NCBI GenBank assembly: GCA_029261275.1
Contig: JAJDBR010000109.1
Span: 2,627 to 66,626 of the forward strand
Source: Nitrospirales bacterium
GTDB taxonomy: Bacteria; Nitrospirota; Nitrospiria; Nitrospirales; UBA8639
Direction: 5' to 3'
DNA length: 64,000 bases
In this document: one piece after another, positions 48,033-58,631 of the stretch
Numbering within the stretch: the first letter of the stretch is position 1
How the letters are laid out: each line of letters starts with the position of its first letter
Translations under genes and position numbers: made by a program
Notes under the pieces: generated by a model
Databases searched by the model: none
Told to the model about the DNA's origin: nothing
The model's input: only the letters and a program-made list of their open reading frames with translations

Positions 48033-48845
48033 TCAAGATTTGAACGCGCCCCAGAGAAGAATGCTCATTCCCAACGGCCAGAGATAATAGGCAAATAAAT
48101 AAAAATGATTGTGACGGACTAACCGTAGAATCACGCCAATTGACCAATACCCCACAAGCGCCGCCACTCCCATCCCCACCAAATAAATCCCAAATGAATC
48201 ATGAGCTTCTCCTAAAGCTTTCACTAATTCTAGGAGTGTGGCTCCAACAATCGCTGGCATAGAAATCAACAAGGAAAAGCGTGCCGCTAGTTCCCGATCC
48301 AATCCCAAAAATATTCCGCTTGCAATCGTAGAACCTGAACGAGAAATGCCTGGGAATACAGCTAGCCCCTGAATGATTCCAATGATGATCGCGTCCCAAG
48401 GTGTCATGGCCTTCGCCGTGCGAGCAGCGACTCCGCCCCGAGTCACCCACAGGATAATTCCGGTTATTAAAAACATCACGGCCACAAGCGAGGGCTGTGC
48501 CAATGTTGCAAATCCAATAGATTGCACACCTAACCCAATGAGAGCGGTAGGCACCGAGGCCAATAACACATAATGTATAGTCTGACGTTCACAACCCTGG
48601 AACATACTACCCGGTTCGGTTGGCAACCCCACATAGCCTTTCCCAAGGGTCAGGAGATCTTGCCAAAAATAGAGGACAATGGCCGTGACCGTCGCCATAT
48701 GCAACATAACATCATACAATAAGTTTTCCTCACTGAATTGTCCAAACCAATGTTGGGCCATGACCAAATGGCCAGAAGAGGAGACTGGGAGAAATTCGGT
48801 AAGGCCTTGAATGACGGCTAAGACGATCGCTTCGATATATCCCAT
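48033..48845 (-). CDS. uppP: Undecaprenyl-diphosphate phosphatase
   Basis: QGLTEFLPVSSSGH, PGISRSGSTI, FSLLISMPA. Confidence 0.95.
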   Translation of the reverse strand: MGYIEAIVLAVIQGLTEFLPVSSSGHLVMAQHWFGQFSEENLLYDVMLHMATVTAIVLYFWQDLLTLGKGYVGLPTEPGSMFQGCERQTIHYVLLASVPTALIGLGVQSIGFATLAQPSLVAVMFLITGIILWVTRGGVAARTAKAMTPWDAIIIGIIQGLAVFPGISRSGSTIASGIFLGLDRELAARFSLLISMPAIVGATLLELVKALGEAHDSFGIYLVGMGVAALVGYWSIGVILRLVRHNHFYLFAYYLWPLGMSILLWGAFKS

Positions 48846-48892
48846 AGGTTAGGACCATTCCCGCTTTCTGTTAAAAAAAAGTCTGGGGACAA

Positions 48893-49738
48893 TCACGAAT
48901 GAGATCCGTTCCATTGAGCGGCAAACGCCCGGACCCCATCTTCCCATGGCGGTAAAGCAATGAATGGATCTTGCAACGAAGTCAATACTGCATAAGCCGG
49001 ACGCGGCGCTGGTAAGGGATATTCCGCTGTCGTAAGAGGTACAACAGCTGTTCGAATTCCACGAGCGTCATAGAGGGCTTTGGTAAAGTCATACCAACTG
49101 GTTCCTCCAGCTCCAGCCAAATGATGGGTCCCATATGATTCAGTTTCGAGCAAATGAGAGACCGCCAGGGCTAAATGGGGACAATAGGTTGGCGAGCCGA
49201 ATTGATCGTTGACCACCCGAACCTGTTCCTGACTCGCTAGACGCAAAATCGTCTGAGGAAAATTCTTCCCGACCACGTGATAAAGCCACGCTGTCCGAAT
49301 AAGAAAATGTCGAGGATTTCCCCTCTGCACTTCTTCTTCTCCAGCCAATTTGCTCTGCCCATACACCGACAGCGGATTGGGATGATCAAACTCATGATAC
49401 GGCCGCGATTGTTGCCCATCAAAAACATAATCAGTCGAGAAATGGACAAGAGGAATATCAATTTCTTTGGTGGCTAGGGCGAGATTTCTTGGACCCAAGG
49501 CATTACCACGATAGGCCGCTTCTTGGTGAGTTTCCGCTTGATCAACTTGAGTAAACGCCGCCGCATTGATCACGATATCGGGACGCATATGCCTCAGTGC
49601 CATTCGGACCTGCTCAAATTGGCAAATATCAAGATCCTGAATATCCCAAGCGACTATCTCGTGATCAGCAAACTGCGATTGTAGTGCCTGTCCTAATTGT
49701 CCGTGCGCACCCGTAATGAACAATTTAGGAAATTTCAT
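48893..49738 (-). CDS. rfbD: dTDP-4-dehydrorhamnose reductase
   Basis: ITGAHGQLG, STDYVFDG, YGQSKLAGE, DQFGSPT, APRP. Confidence 0.96.
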   Translation of the reverse strand: MKFPKLFITGAHGQLGQALQSQFADHEIVAWDIQDLDICQFEQVRMALRHMRPDIVINAAAFTQVDQAETHQEAAYRGNALGPRNLALATKEIDIPLVHFSTDYVFDGQQSRPYHEFDHPNPLSVYGQSKLAGEEEVQRGNPRHFLIRTAWLYHVVGKNFPQTILRLASQEQVRVVNDQFGSPTYCPHLALAVSHLLETESYGTHHLAGAGGTSWYDFTKALYDARGIRTAVVPLTTAEYPLPAPRPAYAVLTSLQDPFIALPPWEDGVRAFAAQWNGSHS

Positions 49739-50289
49739 GTTTGATAGTCCAAAAGCCTATCCCACAAAACTTGCAAAGCCTGCCCAGCGGCGTCTTTTGG
49801 AGACAGAATGGGAGAATCACTTGGCCATGATATGCCAATTTGAGCATCATTCCAGGCAATCGTGAGCTCGTCTCCAGGTACATAGACATCGGTACATTTG
49901 TACGCCACTTCTGCGTGGTCTGAAAGAACGAGAAACCCATGAGCAAACCCAGGGGGGATATAGATCTGCTTGAAATTTTCTGCGGTCAAGACCACATGTT
50001 CCCAGAAGGCGAAGGTGGGAGAACCGCGCCGAATATCAACAGCCACATCGAAAACTTCTCCCTTGGTTACTCGCACTAATTTCCCTTGAGGTCGTGACAT
50101 TTGGGCATGCAGGCCTCGCAAGGTTCCGCGAACCGATGAGGAACAATTATCTTGGACAAAGGTTAACGGGATCCCACCTTCTTGGTACTTGTGAGAATGA
50201 TACGTTTCCAAGAACCATCCCCGTTCGTCACGATAGACATCTGGTTCAATAATAAGCACACCGGGCAAACTGGTGGTCGAAATATTCAT
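49735..50289 (-). CDS. rfbC: dTDP-4-dehydrorhamnose 3,5-epimerase
   Basis: [41 protein letters not shown]. Confidence 0.97.
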   Translation of the reverse strand: MNISTTSLPGVLIIEPDVYRDERGWFLETYHSHKYQEGGIPLTFVQDNCSSSVRGTLRGLHAQMSRPQGKLVRVTKGEVFDVAVDIRRGSPTFAFWEHVVLTAENFKQIYIPPGFAHGFLVLSDHAEVAYKCTDVYVPGDELTIAWNDAQIGISWPSDSPILSPKDAAGQALQVLWDRLLDYQT

Positions 50290-51170
50290 TCGTGTTGACT
50301 ATCCACCAAATTCAACAAGTATTGCCCATACCCATTATCTTTCATCCGCGATGCCAACCGCACGACATCCTCGGCTTGAATATATCCCATGGAATAGCCA
50401 ATTTCCTCTGGACAGGCCACCATTAAACCCTGCCGCTCTTGCAAGACCTGAATATATTGTGCCGCTTGCATAAGAGTCTCATGAGTACCAGTATCCAACC
50501 AGGCAATACCTCGGCTGAGGACTCGAACTTGGAGTGATTCGGTTTCTAAGTAGATTCTATTTACATCCGTAATTTCTAATTCACCTCTGGGCGAGGGCTT
50601 GAGAGAAGCTGCAATAGACACCACTCGATTATCATAAAAATATAAACCAGTGACGGCAAATGATGACTGAGGATGGTCAGGCTTTTCTTCCAAACTTGTT
50701 GCCTGACCATCGTCATTAAAGGTCACCACCCCATAACGTTCCGGGTCACGAACTTGGTAGGCAAAGACTTGAGCTCCCTCGAGCTGAGCGGCCGCTTCAT
50801 TCAAATATCCAGTCAACCCATGGCCATAAAAAATATTATCCCCAAGGATAAGAGCCACTCGGTCGTTCCCAATAAACTCACGACCGATGACAAGAGCCTG
50901 GGCAATGCCCTCTGGTCGCTGTTGAGCTTTGTATTCGATGTTCAATCCAAGATGGCCTCCATCGCCTAGCAACCGAATAAAGCCATCTTGTTCATGTGGA
51001 GTCGTAATGATCAGAATATCTTGAATACCTGCCAGCATGAGAGTCGTTAATGGATAGTAGATCATCGGCTTATCAAAGACCGGCATCAACTGTTTACTCA
51101 CCGCATGGGTAAGGGGATAGAGTCGAGTTCCAGACCCACCCGCCAAAATAATGCCTTTTAAGCGTGACAT
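50286..51170 (-). CDS. rfbA: Glucose-1-phosphate thymidylyltransferase
   Basis: [38 protein letters not shown]. Confidence 0.97.
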   Translation of the reverse strand: MSRLKGIILAGGSGTRLYPLTHAVSKQLMPVFDKPMIYYPLTTLMLAGIQDILIITTPHEQDGFIRLLGDGGHLGLNIEYKAQQRPEGIAQALVIGREFIGNDRVALILGDNIFYGHGLTGYLNEAAAQLEGAQVFAYQVRDPERYGVVTFNDDGQATSLEEKPDHPQSSFAVTGLYFYDNRVVSIAASLKPSPRGELEITDVNRIYLETESLQVRVLSRGIAWLDTGTHETLMQAAQYIQVLQERQGLMVACPEEIGYSMGYIQAEDVVRLASRMKDNGYGQYLLNLVDSQHE

Positions 51171-51227
51171 AAGATGCTCTCTGTATGCATAACTAAACGA
51201 ATAATATTCTCAAATAGCTTCCGAACG

Positions 51228-52325
51228 TTACTGCACCGTGGCATCCGATAGCCCCAAGCGTTCTCGTTGGTAGGATTGCTTGGTGACGACCTCACACCAT
51301 GACCGATTGTCCACATACCATTGGATAGTTCGACGCAAACCTGCTTCAAACGTGTGCCGTGGCTCCCATCCCAATTCAGATTGGATCTTTGTGGTATCGA
51401 TTCCATATCGAAAATCATGCCCCGGACGATCCGCCACAAAATTTTTGAGTTGTTCATACTGCTGGATACCACGGGCAGCAAGTATCTGATTCGAGACACA
51501 GGGAACAACCTCAGCTAGGATATGGCAAATCGCCTCAACAACATCCAAGTTTGAGCGCTCTGATCGACCTCCTAAATTATACTTTTCGCCTGGCACGCCT
51601 GCATGAAGCACTCGTAACAGCCCCTCACAATGATCATCTACAAACAACCAATCGCGAATATGTCGTCCGTTCCCATAAATCGGAAGAGGCTTCCCTTCCA
51701 AAGCATTCAAGATCATGAGGGGAATAAGTTTCTCAGGAAATTGATACGGACCATAATTATTCGAACAATTGGTGATAATCGTGGGAACGCCATAGGTATG
51801 GAAATAGGCCCTGACCAAGTGATCCGCACTCGCTTTCGACGCCGCATAGGGAGAATTCGGTGCATAGGGCGTCTTTTCAGTAAATAATCCTGTCGGGCCT
51901 AATGTCCCATACACCTCATCGGTGGAAACATGCAGCAATCGAAAGTGCTGCTGTTCATCCGAACTAGCCTGTTTCAGAAAACGCCGAACGGTGTCGAGGA
52001 GGACCAAGGTTCCGGTCACATTCGTGTGGATGAATGGATAGGGATTGTCGATTGAGCGATCCACATGCGATTCTGCGGCGAAGTTAAGGATCCATCGAGG
52101 ACGATATTGCTCAACGAGCTTGGCCATTTCTGTTTCATTAGCAATATCACCATGGACAAATTGCAACCGGGAATCGTGCCAGAGATCCTCAAGACTTTCT
52201 CGGTGACCAGCATAGGTGAGTTTATCCACCACAACAATGCGCGCGTCAGTCTTAGCAACCGCCATACGGACAAAATTGGCGCCGATAAACCCCACCCCTC
52301 CTGTCACAATCATCGTATTCATCAT
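51228..52325 (-). CDS. rfbB: dTDP-glucose 4,6-dehydratase
   Basis: VTGGVGFIG, DKLTYAG, FAAESHVDRSI, STDEVYG, YAASKA, DRPGHD. Confidence 0.97.
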   Translation of the reverse strand: MMNTMIVTGGVGFIGANFVRMAVAKTDARIVVVDKLTYAGHRESLEDLWHDSRLQFVHGDIANETEMAKLVEQYRPRWILNFAAESHVDRSIDNPYPFIHTNVTGTLVLLDTVRRFLKQASSDEQQHFRLLHVSTDEVYGTLGPTGLFTEKTPYAPNSPYAASKASADHLVRAYFHTYGVPTIITNCSNNYGPYQFPEKLIPLMILNALEGKPLPIYGNGRHIRDWLFVDDHCEGLLRVLHAGVPGEKYNLGGRSERSNLDVVEAICHILAEVVPCVSNQILAARGIQQYEQLKNFVADRPGHDFRYGIDTTKIQSELGWEPRHTFEAGLRRTIQWYVDNRSWCEVVTKQSYQRERLGLSDATVQ

Positions 52326-52418
52326 GAAGCTATCTTATGGAAAAGAAAAACAGGGTCAATAAATTTTTTCCGCAAGCGGGGAAAAATCCAGAAGGGTCTT
52401 CAACAATGCAAACCAAAA

Positions 52419-54251
52419 TTATTCTACAGTCACACTTTTGGCCAGATTTCTGGGTCGATCAACATCTAAGCCACGCTGAATGGCAATATGATAGGCCAAA
52501 AGTTGTAAGCCAACGGTAAAGAGAATGGGCGTCAGCAACGGATGTACGTCTGGGATCGCAAACACATGGTCAGCCACTTTATCTAAGGCATGATCCCCTT
52601 CTGAAACAAACGCAATCACAGGAGCGCTTCTGGCGCGCACTTCCATGAGGTTACTGACTGATTTTTCATAGAGACGATCTTTCGGCGACAGCACAACAAC
52701 AGGCATTTCTTTATCAATTAACGCAATCGGCCCATGCTTCATTTCCCCTGCGGCATATCCTTCGGCATGAATATAAGAAATTTCTTTCAGCTTCAAAGCT
52801 CCTTCTAACGCGATGGGATAATTAATTCCTCGGCCTAAATACAAAAAGTTATTCATATGCGCATACTGGTTAGCAATCGATTCAATAGCACTTTCTTGCT
52901 TTAAAATATGCTCGACATGACCGGGAAGCATGAGGAAATGATCCAGCCACCATCGTCCTTCTTCAGCACTTAACACATCGTTAACCCGGCCCACATGCAG
53001 AACTAACAAATATAAGGCAATGACCTGCCCCGTAAAGGCTTTGGTTGAGGCCACGCTAATTTCCGGGCCACAACGAGTATAAATTACCCCGTCAGCCTCA
53101 CGAGCTAAGGTGCTCCCTACAGCGTTCACGATAGCCAAGACCCGCGCTCCACGGCGCTTGGCCTCTCGCGCTGCGGCAAGGGTATCCGCCGTTTCCCCAG
53201 ACTGCGAAATCGCGATAAACACATCACCTTGTTGAATCATGGGTTCCCGGTACCGAAACTCCGAACCAATGTCAACTTGAATTGGCCTTCGGACCATCTC
53301 TTCGAACAGATATTTTCCGACTAATCCAGCATGCCATGAAGTCCCACAGGCCACTATCCAAAATCGCTTCGCGCTTAGAAGCTCTTCCTTGGTCATCGAT
53401 AAATCTGGAAGGTCGGCCTCTCCCGTTTCGTAATCGAATCGACCACGAAGAGTATCCATAATGACTTGTGGTTGCTCGTGAATCTCCTTCATCATAAAAT
53501 TAGGATATCCGCCTTTTTCAGCGGCTTCCGCATCCCAATGAATAGTTTCAGCAGGGATAGTCTTGGACTGTCCATCGGAATCCAAAATATGGATCTCCGA
53601 CTCTTCTAAGATGCCAATATCTCCATCTTCCAAATACACCACTTCTCGAGTATGTGCCAACAACGGAGTGACATCAGAGGCCAAAAAGGCGCCGGTTCCA
53701 TTCAATCCAATCACCAGTGGGCATCCTGAACGGCTCACAACAATGCGTCCTGGTTCCGTCAGAGACATTACGGCAATGGCATAACTTCCATGTAAATCAT
53801 GCGCCACCTGACGAACAGCCTCATCCAAACGTCCCCCCCTTTTCACGGCGGAAGACAGTAAATGGGCAATAACTTCAGTATCCGTTTCTGACTCAAATCG
53901 ATACCCTTCGGATTCTAATCGATGCCGTAAAACCAGAAAATTTTCAATGATGCCGTTATGAACCAGCACCAGATCTCCAGAACGATGGGGGTGGGCATTT
54001 TGCTCAGATGGCCGCCCATGCGTTGCCCAACGAGTATGGCCAATCCCAGTCCGTCCTTCAACAAAATCACCATTATTAAGAACTGCTTCTAAATTCGAAA
54101 GCTTCCCCTCGCTTCGCCGAATCTCCAAGCATCCATGATGCTGAATAGCAATACCAGCGGAGTCATATCCACGGTATTCTAATCGCTGCAACCCCGCTAA
54201 CAAGATAGGCACAACAGATTCGCGTCCAACATACCCAATGATCCCACACAT
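52419..54251 (-). CDS. glmS: Glutamine--fructose-6-phosphate aminotransferase
   Basis: N-terminal MCGIIG (catalytic Cys), EYRGYDSAG, SQSGETAD, PRNLAKSVTVE; start ATG 54251. Confidence 0.98.
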   Translation of the reverse strand: MCGIIGYVGRESVVPILLAGLQRLEYRGYDSAGIAIQHHGCLEIRRSEGKLSNLEAVLNNGDFVEGRTGIGHTRWATHGRPSEQNAHPHRSGDLVLVHNGIIENFLVLRHRLESEGYRFESETDTEVIAHLLSSAVKRGGRLDEAVRQVAHDLHGSYAIAVMSLTEPGRIVVSRSGCPLVIGLNGTGAFLASDVTPLLAHTREVVYLEDGDIGILEESEIHILDSDGQSKTIPAETIHWDAEAAEKGGYPNFMMKEIHEQPQVIMDTLRGRFDYETGEADLPDLSMTKEELLSAKRFWIVACGTSWHAGLVGKYLFEEMVRRPIQVDIGSEFRYREPMIQQGDVFIAISQSGETADTLAAAREAKRRGARVLAIVNAVGSTLAREADGVIYTRCGPEISVASTKAFTGQVIALYLLVLHVGRVNDVLSAEEGRWWLDHFLMLPGHVEHILKQESAIESIANQYAHMNNFLYLGRGINYPIALEGALKLKEISYIHAEGYAAGEMKHGPIALIDKEMPVVVLSPKDRLYEKSVSNLMEVRARSAPVIAFVSEGDHALDKVADHVFAIPDVHPLLTPILFTVGLQLLAYHIAIQRGLDVDRPRNLAKSVTVE

Positions 54252-54384
54252 ACGGCGCAACTCTCCTATCGGGAAAATTTATAGTCTATTTTGTAAAGAT
54301 AGTTGATTTTTCGGCCCGTTCATGGAAAAACTTAAGATTCTTTAACCATCTTCCCCTGCCCGTTAAGCGGAACAGGAAGAAAAT

Positions 54385-55893
54385 TTAATTGGATTTATGT
54401 TGTGCGTGAGATATCGGACTTGATGCAGGTGGCTCACCAACCTGGGAGCTTTGGCCATTAGGGGGAAGGACCGAGGAATCCAACATGGCTCGACGACGCG
54501 CAGCGCGCCCTTCTATATTTGTTTGTTGTGCTCTAGAAATTCCTAGAGCATCAACAGGAACATTTTCCGTGATGGTCGTACCAGCAGCAATTAATGCCCC
54601 AGCACCAATTGTGACAGGAGCAATGAGTTGAACATCACTTCCAATAAACACATTGTCCTCAATGACAGTTCGTGCCTTTCGATAGCCATCATAATTACAG
54701 GTAATGGTACCCGCACCAACATTGACATTCCGCCCAACCCATGTATCCCCAAGATAGCTGAGGTGATTCACTTTTGATCCCTCACCAACTTCTGTTTTTT
54801 TGAGTTCTACAAAATTTCCCACCTTGGCCCTTCGATGAATCACACTCCCTGGCCGCAGGTGAGCCATAGGACCGATTACGGCTTTTTCTTCAACCGTGGC
54901 TTCCTGAAGTACACAAGCATCGAGGATCATAACCCCTCGATCCACGACGGAATTGGTGAGTCGTGAGTTCGAACGAATCGTACAGTGTTCTCCCACATGA
55001 GTTTGGCCCTCAAGGACCACACCTGGGTAAAGCACCGTATCACGACCTATAGTAACTTGGTGGTCGACCATCACTCGCTCAGGATCCAATATCGTAACTC
55101 CATCTAACATCAAACGCTCACAAATCCTACGACGCATTTCTTTTTCAGCCAATGCCAAATGTACTCGCGTATTCACTCCCGTCGTCTCTAAGGAATCTTC
55201 GGTGATCCACGCCACCACTTTTTGTTTTTCCTGGACTGCCATCTCGATAATATCGGTAAGATAATACTCCCCCTGAGCATTTTGAGGGAGTAATTGCAAA
55301 AGAGCTTTCTCAAGAAATTTGGCTTCCACAACATATGTACCAACATTAATTTCGGATACCTGTTTTTCCTCAAAGGAGGCATCCCGATCCTCGACAACTC
55401 GGCAAACCGTCCCTGCTGTTTCGCGAAGGACTCGCCCATATCCGGTAGGATCTGGCAAATGCGTAGTCAACAAGGTCAGCGTTGCCCCTTCAGATTGATG
55501 ATAGCTCACTAAGGCTGAAATGGTTTCCGTTGTTAATAATGGCGTATCACCACACATGATCACATATTGGCTGGCCACGGAAGAAGAATCAGCAATTAAT
55601 GCAGGATATGCCTGTTGAACGGCATGCCCGGTCCCTAATTGCTGGGTTTGTTCCACGAGAAAATAAGAAGAGAATTGGGCTTTTTCCTCTTCCAAATACG
55701 TTCGCACCTGGTCAGAGCCATGTCCCACCACAACCGCCACATTCTTGGGAGAAACCTGACCAGCTAAGAGCATGGCATGCCCCAACATTGGACGCCCGGC
55801 AACACAATGCAACACTTTTGGCATTGTGGATTTCATGCGAGTACCCTGACCGGCGGCAAGAATGATGACGGATGTGTTATTTTGCCCACTCAT
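54385..55893 (-). CDS. glmU: Bifunctional GlcNAc-1-P uridyltransferase / acetyltransferase
   Basis: ILAAGQGTRMKS, LGTGHAV, GYGRV, GNFVELK, HLSYLGD, ITCNYDG. Confidence 0.97.
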   Translation of the reverse strand: MSGQNNTSVIILAAGQGTRMKSTMPKVLHCVAGRPMLGHAMLLAGQVSPKNVAVVVGHGSDQVRTYLEEEKAQFSSYFLVEQTQQLGTGHAVQQAYPALIADSSSVASQYVIMCGDTPLLTTETISALVSYHQSEGATLTLLTTHLPDPTGYGRVLRETAGTVCRVVEDRDASFEEKQVSEINVGTYVVEAKFLEKALLQLLPQNAQGEYYLTDIIEMAVQEKQKVVAWITEDSLETTGVNTRVHLALAEKEMRRRICERLMLDGVTILDPERVMVDHQVTIGRDTVLYPGVVLEGQTHVGEHCTIRSNSRLTNSVVDRGVMILDACVLQEATVEEKAVIGPMAHLRPGSVIHRRAKVGNFVELKKTEVGEGSKVNHLSYLGDTWVGRNVNVGAGTITCNYDGYRKARTVIEDNVFIGSDVQLIAPVTIGAGALIAAGTTITENVPVDALGISRAQQTNIEGRAARRRAMLDSSVLPPNGQSSQVGEPPASSPISHAQHKSN

Positions 55894-55925
55894 GAGATCG
55901 GAATATGGATGAAACCATACGTTAT

Positions 55926-56603
55926 TTAAGGTGTAGAAACCTTCGGAGAACGCTTTTGAATCATTGTACTCGCTTTCTCAGCAAGTTCAATGCCAGGGAC
56001 CTTTTCCTGAGGAGAATAAAATCCACCGGAGACTATGAGTTTCATGGCCTCTTCGACATTCATTTCTACAGGAACAACTTCTGTTTCTGGCACAAGTAAA
56101 AAATATCCCGAAGTCGGGTTAGGGGACGTCGGGACAAAAACATGGACCAAGGGCTCCGGGGCTAGACATTGAATTTCTTCCCTGGTCTCCCCCGTGACAA
56201 ATGCTAGGCAGTAATTCCCATTTTTTGGAAATTGAATCATCACCACCTTGTCATATTTTTCCCGTTGTTTGAAGGATAAAATATCCATCATGGACTTCAA
56301 TGTGGCATAAATACCTCGCACAATGGGAACTCGATCCAAAAACTCTTCCCATCGGCTTACCAACCGTCTCCCCAAAAAATTCGTGGCTAACACACCTGCA
56401 AGCATTATCAGGATCACCAACGCCATGATCCCGAGACCTGGAAAATAATAATCAGGAAGGACCAAATCGGCTAAAGCCGTCCCTAGAATACTATCAACCG
56501 TCACAAACAGCGTTTTTAAAATGAGGATGGTTCCCCAGATGGGCGTGATCACCAGTAGCCCAGTGAGGAAATAGCGTTTAAGGGAGGCGCGAAGTGTATT
56601 CAT
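55926..56603 (-). CDS. DUF502 family membrane protein
   Basis: YFLTGLLVITP, RVPIVRGIY, VFVPTSPNPTSG, IVSGG; start likely ATG 56603. Confidence 0.9.
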   Translation of the reverse strand: MNTLRASLKRYFLTGLLVITPIWGTILILKTLFVTVDSILGTALADLVLPDYYFPGLGIMALVILIMLAGVLATNFLGRRLVSRWEEFLDRVPIVRGIYATLKSMMDILSFKQREKYDKVVMIQFPKNGNYCLAFVTGETREEIQCLAPEPLVHVFVPTSPNPTSGYFLLVPETEVVPVEMNVEEAMKLIVSGGFYSPQEKVPGIELAEKASTMIQKRSPKVSTP

Positions 56604-56757
56604 GGGAAATGGCAAGCCTTCATCATTCCCCAAAAGGGTACCATGAAAAAGATAGGGCAGGAAGGCCTAAGGCATCTTACAATTCCAACAGGACACCGGC
56701 AAGACTTTTCTTTAGAATTTCAATGACTTAGACTACGAGCGAATCGAGGCATTTTTA

Positions 56758-57507
56758 ATGGAATCCCAAAGAATACTTGCACACAAACCACCTGTTCTGC
56801 GCGGGGCGTTTATTACCTTTGAAGGCACGGAAGGTTCTGGTAAATCAACTCAATGTCGACGACTCGCTCGATCCCTGGTAAACCGGGGCTACCACGTTCT
56901 CCAAACCCGAGAACCTGGAGGAACCCCTCTGGCTGAAACAATACGAAAACTGTTGCTTAGGTCGTCTCAATCCCAAAATCCCAAGCATCGTATGGAGCCC
57001 ATCACGGCAGCCTGCGAATCCATGCTCATTTTCGCTGCTCGCTCCCAACATATCACCCAAGTGATTCAACCAGCTCTGGCAAAGGGTATGATTGTGCTGT
57101 GTGATCGGTTTTTTGACTCCACCCTGGCCTATCAAGGATATGCACGTGGTCTTGATAAAACTGTTCTCCAGGAGACTCAGCAATTTATTGCTAACGGCCT
57201 TCATCCCCATCTGACATTTTTCTTGGACCTTCCTATTCAAGAAGGATTAGCAAGACGTGAACAGTCAAAAAAATACGATCGACTCGATCAGGAATCTCTC
57301 GGGTTTCATCAACGCGTCCGTCGAGGATTTCTCGAGTTAGCTAAACAAGATCCAAAGCGAATCCAAAAAGTGGATGCACGGAAATCCCCTGAGGATTTAG
57401 CCTCACATATTGCATCAATAGCCAATCATATGATCCACCATACAAGGTCCCTGCATCTGATCCGTTCTTCGGGAAATAAAAAAAATAGATTGGTCGCTCG
57501 GAAATAA
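56758..57507 (+). CDS. tmk: Thymidylate kinase
   Basis: FITFEGTEGSGKST, TREPGG, LCDRFFDSTLAYQG. Confidence 0.96.
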   Translation: MESQRILAHKPPVLRGAFITFEGTEGSGKSTQCRRLARSLVNRGYHVLQTREPGGTPLAETIRKLLLRSSQSQNPKHRMEPITAACESMLIFAARSQHITQVIQPALAKGMIVLCDRFFDSTLAYQGYARGLDKTVLQETQQFIANGLHPHLTFFLDLPIQEGLARREQSKKYDRLDQESLGFHQRVRRGFLELAKQDPKRIQKVDARKSPEDLASHIASIANHMIHHTRSLHLIRSSGNKKNRLVARK

Positions 57508-57516
57508 TTCTCACAC

Positions 57517-58542
57517 ATGCCATTTAACCAAATCATTGGACATCAACGCCCGATCAAGTGGCTACGGACTGCGGTAGAAACCAGCCACCTTGGGCATGCG
57601 TATCTCTTCCATGGCGAACCGGCTATTGGAAAACGGCATACCGCAATGGCCCTCACGCAATTTCTTCTTTGTGACCATCCACAGGGAGGTTCAACACCTG
57701 ATGCCTGTGGAACCTGTCGGGCTTGTCATCAAGTTGAACAAGGGATCCATCCCGACTACTTAATGATTCAACCTGAAGATGGGCAAAAGCAGAATCCCAA
57801 AATAAAAATTGACCAAATTCGTGCCATCGAGCATTTAGTCATTTATCGCCCCCTCATTGGATCACACAAAGTCTGCCTTATTGATGACGCTGATACCATG
57901 ACACCAGAAGCCGCCAACGCATTATTGAAAACGCTGGAAGATCCGCCAGAGCATTGCCTCTTTCTTCTGATAACAAGTCGTCCCGAACATCTCTTGCCAA
58001 CGATTCACTCCCGATGTATTGCGCTTCGTTTTGCCCCTCTACCTATCAATCACATTGATGAATTCCTCAAGCAGCAGGCAACCATGGATTCACGCGACGC
58101 CAGGCTGGTGTCCACTTTCTCGGAAGGCCGATTGGGACAAGCCCTTCATCTTGACCCTGAGGAATTGAAGGTCAAGCTTCGCCAATACTGGGCCTTATTA
58201 TTTGGGGAACACCTCACATCTACCACACAGGTCTTTGATATGAGTGAAACACTTGTGAAATCGAACCAAGTAGCAGAAGCCATCTATTGGTTTCAGCAAG
58301 GTCTTCGAGATGTCCTCTTGCTTTCATTAGACGAATCAAACTCCCCTATGTTCTATCGTGATCAGGAGCCGACCCTTCGCCAGTTGGCTCAGCGGATATC
58401 GCCCTCAGCCATTATCGAACTTTCACAGGAATTGAATCATCTCGAACGGGGGCAACAACGTCATCTCAACATGCAAATCGGATTGGAACAATTTTTCTTT
58501 CATCTGCACGACCAGTTGGACTCCGTTCTTGCCCTTGAATGA
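57517..58542 (+). CDS. holB: DNA polymerase III subunit delta'
   Basis: HAYLFHG, CGTCRAC zinc module, HPD, AANALLKTLEDP, TIHSRC. Confidence 0.95.
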   Translation: MPFNQIIGHQRPIKWLRTAVETSHLGHAYLFHGEPAIGKRHTAMALTQFLLCDHPQGGSTPDACGTCRACHQVEQGIHPDYLMIQPEDGQKQNPKIKIDQIRAIEHLVIYRPLIGSHKVCLIDDADTMTPEAANALLKTLEDPPEHCLFLLITSRPEHLLPTIHSRCIALRFAPLPINHIDEFLKQQATMDSRDARLVSTFSEGRLGQALHLDPEELKVKLRQYWALLFGEHLTSTTQVFDMSETLVKSNQVAEAIYWFQQGLRDVLLLSLDESNSPMFYRDQEPTLRQLAQRISPSAIIELSQELNHLERGQQRHLNMQIGLEQFFFHLHDQLDSVLALE

Positions 58543-58631
58543 ATAACAAAAGGTTTTTCACCCCATAACTGATTCGCCTATAAATTTGACCAACATCATC
58601 CTCTCTACCGTCCTAAAGGAATTATTACGTT

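Noticed and set aside
54252-54384. glmS ribozyme
   Set aside because: No AGCGCC(A/U)GGACU or GACGAGG core; only a hairpin after glmU.
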